Source: Candidatus Heimdallarchaeum endolithica (GTDB lineage Archaea > Asgardarchaeota > Heimdallarchaeia > Heimdallarchaeales > Heimdallarchaeaceae). From it: DNA of 20,000 bases. This document shows positions 18,275-20,000 of this stretch, piece after piece. Where the stretch lies: assembly GCA_021513715.1 (NCBI GenBank), contig CP084167.1, positions 2,815,060 to 2,835,059 on the forward strand, given 5' to 3'. Both the position numbers and the translations under genes were made by a program. The notes below the pieces were generated by a model. The model was not told where the DNA came from. It ran no database searches and saw only the letters and a program-made list of their open reading frames with translations. How positions within the stretch are numbered: the stretch's first letter is position 1; each line of letters starts with the position of its first letter.

Positions 18275-19621
18275 ATGGGAGTGAAAATAAGGAAGGAATG
18301 GATGGAAAAAACGATAAGATTGACCTTACTCCCGAGTAGAAAAAAGAGGAAAGACCTGAGAGATGCACAAGAAAAAGTAAGAGAGTTTGCCAATACCCTT
18401 ATTCCATTCAAAAGAAGAGTAAAAACAGGCAAAGAATTCCATCACCTGGTTTATTATAGGTTTAAATATTTAGGTTTTCACAGTCAATTGCAAGAAAATA
18501 TTCAAAGAAGAGTCTATGCCACAAAGAAAGTAAGAAGATTTACTCAATTTCCTTTAGAATTTAACTTTCCTCGAAGTGGAAAACTAGCCCAGACAGAAAG
18601 AGGGAACCCTGTTCTTTCCCTTTCTCCTTTAAAGGAAAGGATAGCTATTCCTATTTTACAAGATGGGGGATGGAGAAAACTAAAAGAGTATGAACATAGA
18701 GGGTGGGAAGAACATAGTTGTAGAGTGTTCTATCACCGAAGAAAGAAAAAATGGGTGGTACATCTAAATATTAGAAAAAAACTTCCTCCTCCATCACAAG
18801 AAATAGAAGGAACAATAGGTGTAGATGTAGGAAGAAAAGTAGCTGCTGCAATAACACTCAACCACCCTTCTTTTCCACTAATAGAACGTTATTTAGGCAA
18901 AGATATTGTATGGAAACAGTATCAGTTTGCCAAAAGAAGAAGAAAACTGCAATCTTATAAAGATAAAGGAAGTAAAAAGGCACGGCGTGCATTAAAAAGA
19001 TTAAAAATGAAAGAAAAAAATTATAACCAAACTCGTTGTGAGCAAATAGCTCACGAGATAGTAGATTTAGCAGTAACTACTCGTTCTGCTATAGTTATAG
19101 AAAATATTAAAGGAATAAAGAAAAAGTGGAGAAAAAGGCACTCTTATGGAAGCAAAAGAAAACCAACTAAAAAAGTCAAGAAGTTACATTCTATTCGTCG
19201 AGAGTTAAACAGCTGGTCTTACAGTTATTTTCTCTCTTTTTTGACTTCTCTAGCTCAACAAAATCGTATCCCTGTTATTACTATTGATCCTCGTTACACC
19301 AGTCAGACTTGCTCCCGATGCGGTCATATCTCCAAAAAATCTCGTGTTACTCGTGGTCTTTATCGTTGTGTTTCTTGCGGTTTTGAAGTCAACAGTGACC
19401 GTAACGCTTCTCGTAATATCTCCTGGAAAGGTTTGTCTTCTCTCGGTTTATCTTTCTATAGTTCTTGGTCTTCCTCTTTCTCCTCTTTCTCTTCTTCCTT
19501 TTCTTCTTCTTTTCCGCGTGAGAGGAAAAACTTTCTTTTTCCGGTTTCCGTGGTCGAGGAGCGCTCAACCTTCTCCAATGGCTCAATGACTGGACCTGGT
19601 TCTTCTACCCCTCGTCCTTGA
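18275..19621 (+). CDS. tnpB: TnpB, RNA-guided nuclease of an IS200/IS605-type (IS1341-like, no tnpA seen) element
   Basis: RuvC-I 'TIGVDVGRKVAAAI', RuvC-II 'SAIVIENIKGI', zinc ribbon 'CSRCGHISKKSRVTRGLYRCVSCGF' and RuvC-III 'NSDRNASRNI'. The conserved protein ends near position 19430 and a Ser-rich tail follows. Confidence 0.92.
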   Translation: MGVKIRKEWMEKTIRLTLLPSRKKRKDLRDAQEKVREFANTLIPFKRRVKTGKEFHHLVYYRFKYLGFHSQLQENIQRRVYATKKVRRFTQFPLEFNFPRSGKLAQTERGNPVLSLSPLKERIAIPILQDGGWRKLKEYEHRGWEEHSCRVFYHRRKKKWVVHLNIRKKLPPPSQEIEGTIGVDVGRKVAAAITLNHPSFPLIERYLGKDIVWKQYQFAKRRRKLQSYKDKGSKKARRALKRLKMKEKNYNQTRCEQIAHEIVDLAVTTRSAIVIENIKGIKKKWRKRHSYGSKRKPTKKVKKLHSIRRELNSWSYSYFLSFLTSLAQQNRIPVITIDPRYTSQTCSRCGHISKKSRVTRGLYRCVSCGFEVNSDRNASRNISWKGLSSLGLSFYSSWSSSFSSFSSSFSSSFPRERKNFLFPVSVVEERSTFSNGSMTGPGSSTPRP

Positions 19622-19655
19622 GAGCAAGATTGGCGTACAAAAAATTTTGTACAAA
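19515..19655 (+). ncRNA. Candidate omega-RNA scaffold / right-end region of the tnpB element
   Basis: Structured, more GC-rich sequence overlapping the 3' end of tnpB. It has hairpin GGAAAAA-CTTTC-TTTTTCC (19524-19542), palindrome GAGCGCTC (19559-19566) and hairpin GTACAAAA-AA-TTTTGTAC (19635-19652). Boundaries and guide are not determinable from this copy alone. Confidence 0.35.
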
Positions 19656-19760
19656 AATTAAGTTGATAATGAAACTACTGTTTTTTTATTAAAAAATATT
19701 GCTCTTCATTTTGTTAAATATTCCAACAACAAAGAAGTCAAAGTTAGTAAATGAAGAAAA

Positions 19761-20000
19761 TCAAATAGGTATAACATCTAGTTGCATAGTGTGAATCAAG
19801 TTTTTAATCTCTTTTCCTGCAGGAGAAGATAAAGGAATGTTGTTTACGTGTTTAACATAGATTGGAGTTTTTCCTTTTGGTTTCACTTTATATCTGAAAT
19901 CATGAATTGATGAAATTATATGCATTAACATATTTGAATCCTTAAATTCAGGAAGGGTTTCAATGTTATGAATATATTCAATTCTCTGTTTTCTTCTGTA
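19761..20000 (-). CDS. Hypothetical protein, C-terminal 79 aa (truncated by window edge)
   Basis: Open minus-strand frame into the edge: YRRKQRIEYIHNIETLPEFKDSNMLMHIISSIHDFRYKVKPKGKTPIYVKHVNNIPLSSPAGKEIKNLIHTMQLDVIPI*. Confidence 0.55.
   Translation of the reverse strand, partial: YRRKQRIEYIHNIETLPEFKDSNMLMHIISSIHDFRYKVKPKGKTPIYVKHVNNIPLSSPAGKEIKNLIHTMQLDVIPI

Noticed and set aside
18064-18432. Antisense ORFs 18064..18432 and 18177..18368 (-)
   Set aside because: Low-complexity F/L/S-rich translations of the purine-rich tract upstream of tnpB. Composition artefacts.
19389-19586. ORFs 19284..19589 (+) and 19389..19586 (-)
   Set aside because: Out-of-frame or antisense to tnpB with low-complexity K/R or V/L composition.

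Overview
This 20 kb AT-rich window looks archaeal and is most consistent with an Asgard-type genome. The support is gatD/gatE, two Rab/Ras-like small GTPases, an archaeal-type CoaD, a Memo-family protein, an intron-containing tRNA with a bulge-helix-bulge (BHB) splice site, and TATA-like elements. Complete or partial protein genes include an MFS-like transporter (edge), a DUF1028 protein, a ferredoxin-nitroreductase, an M32 carboxypeptidase, a frameshifted zinc-ribbon membrane protein, a PEP-synthase/rifampicin-phosphotransferase-like enzyme with an overlapping partner ORF, and a TrxR-fold flavoprotein without CxxC. They also include gatE-gatD, coaD, a COG4080-like protein and TnpB. The standout signal is on the minus strand at about 14690-14869. 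It is a GC-rich island in which a 5S rRNA is present in circularly permuted order: 3' half first, then 5' half. The two native termini are joined by a UUCG tetraloop closing helix I, and the new ends lie in loop C, flanked by an 11-bp complementary stem. Removing the flanks at matching AAA/AAA bulges would rebuild a loop C of canonical length. A neighbouring tRNA-His(GTG) has a 16-nt canonical BHB intron, an encoded CCA and an unusual A73. A decayed IS5-like element of 1013 bp has perfect 16-bp inverted repeats and an 8-bp target duplication.
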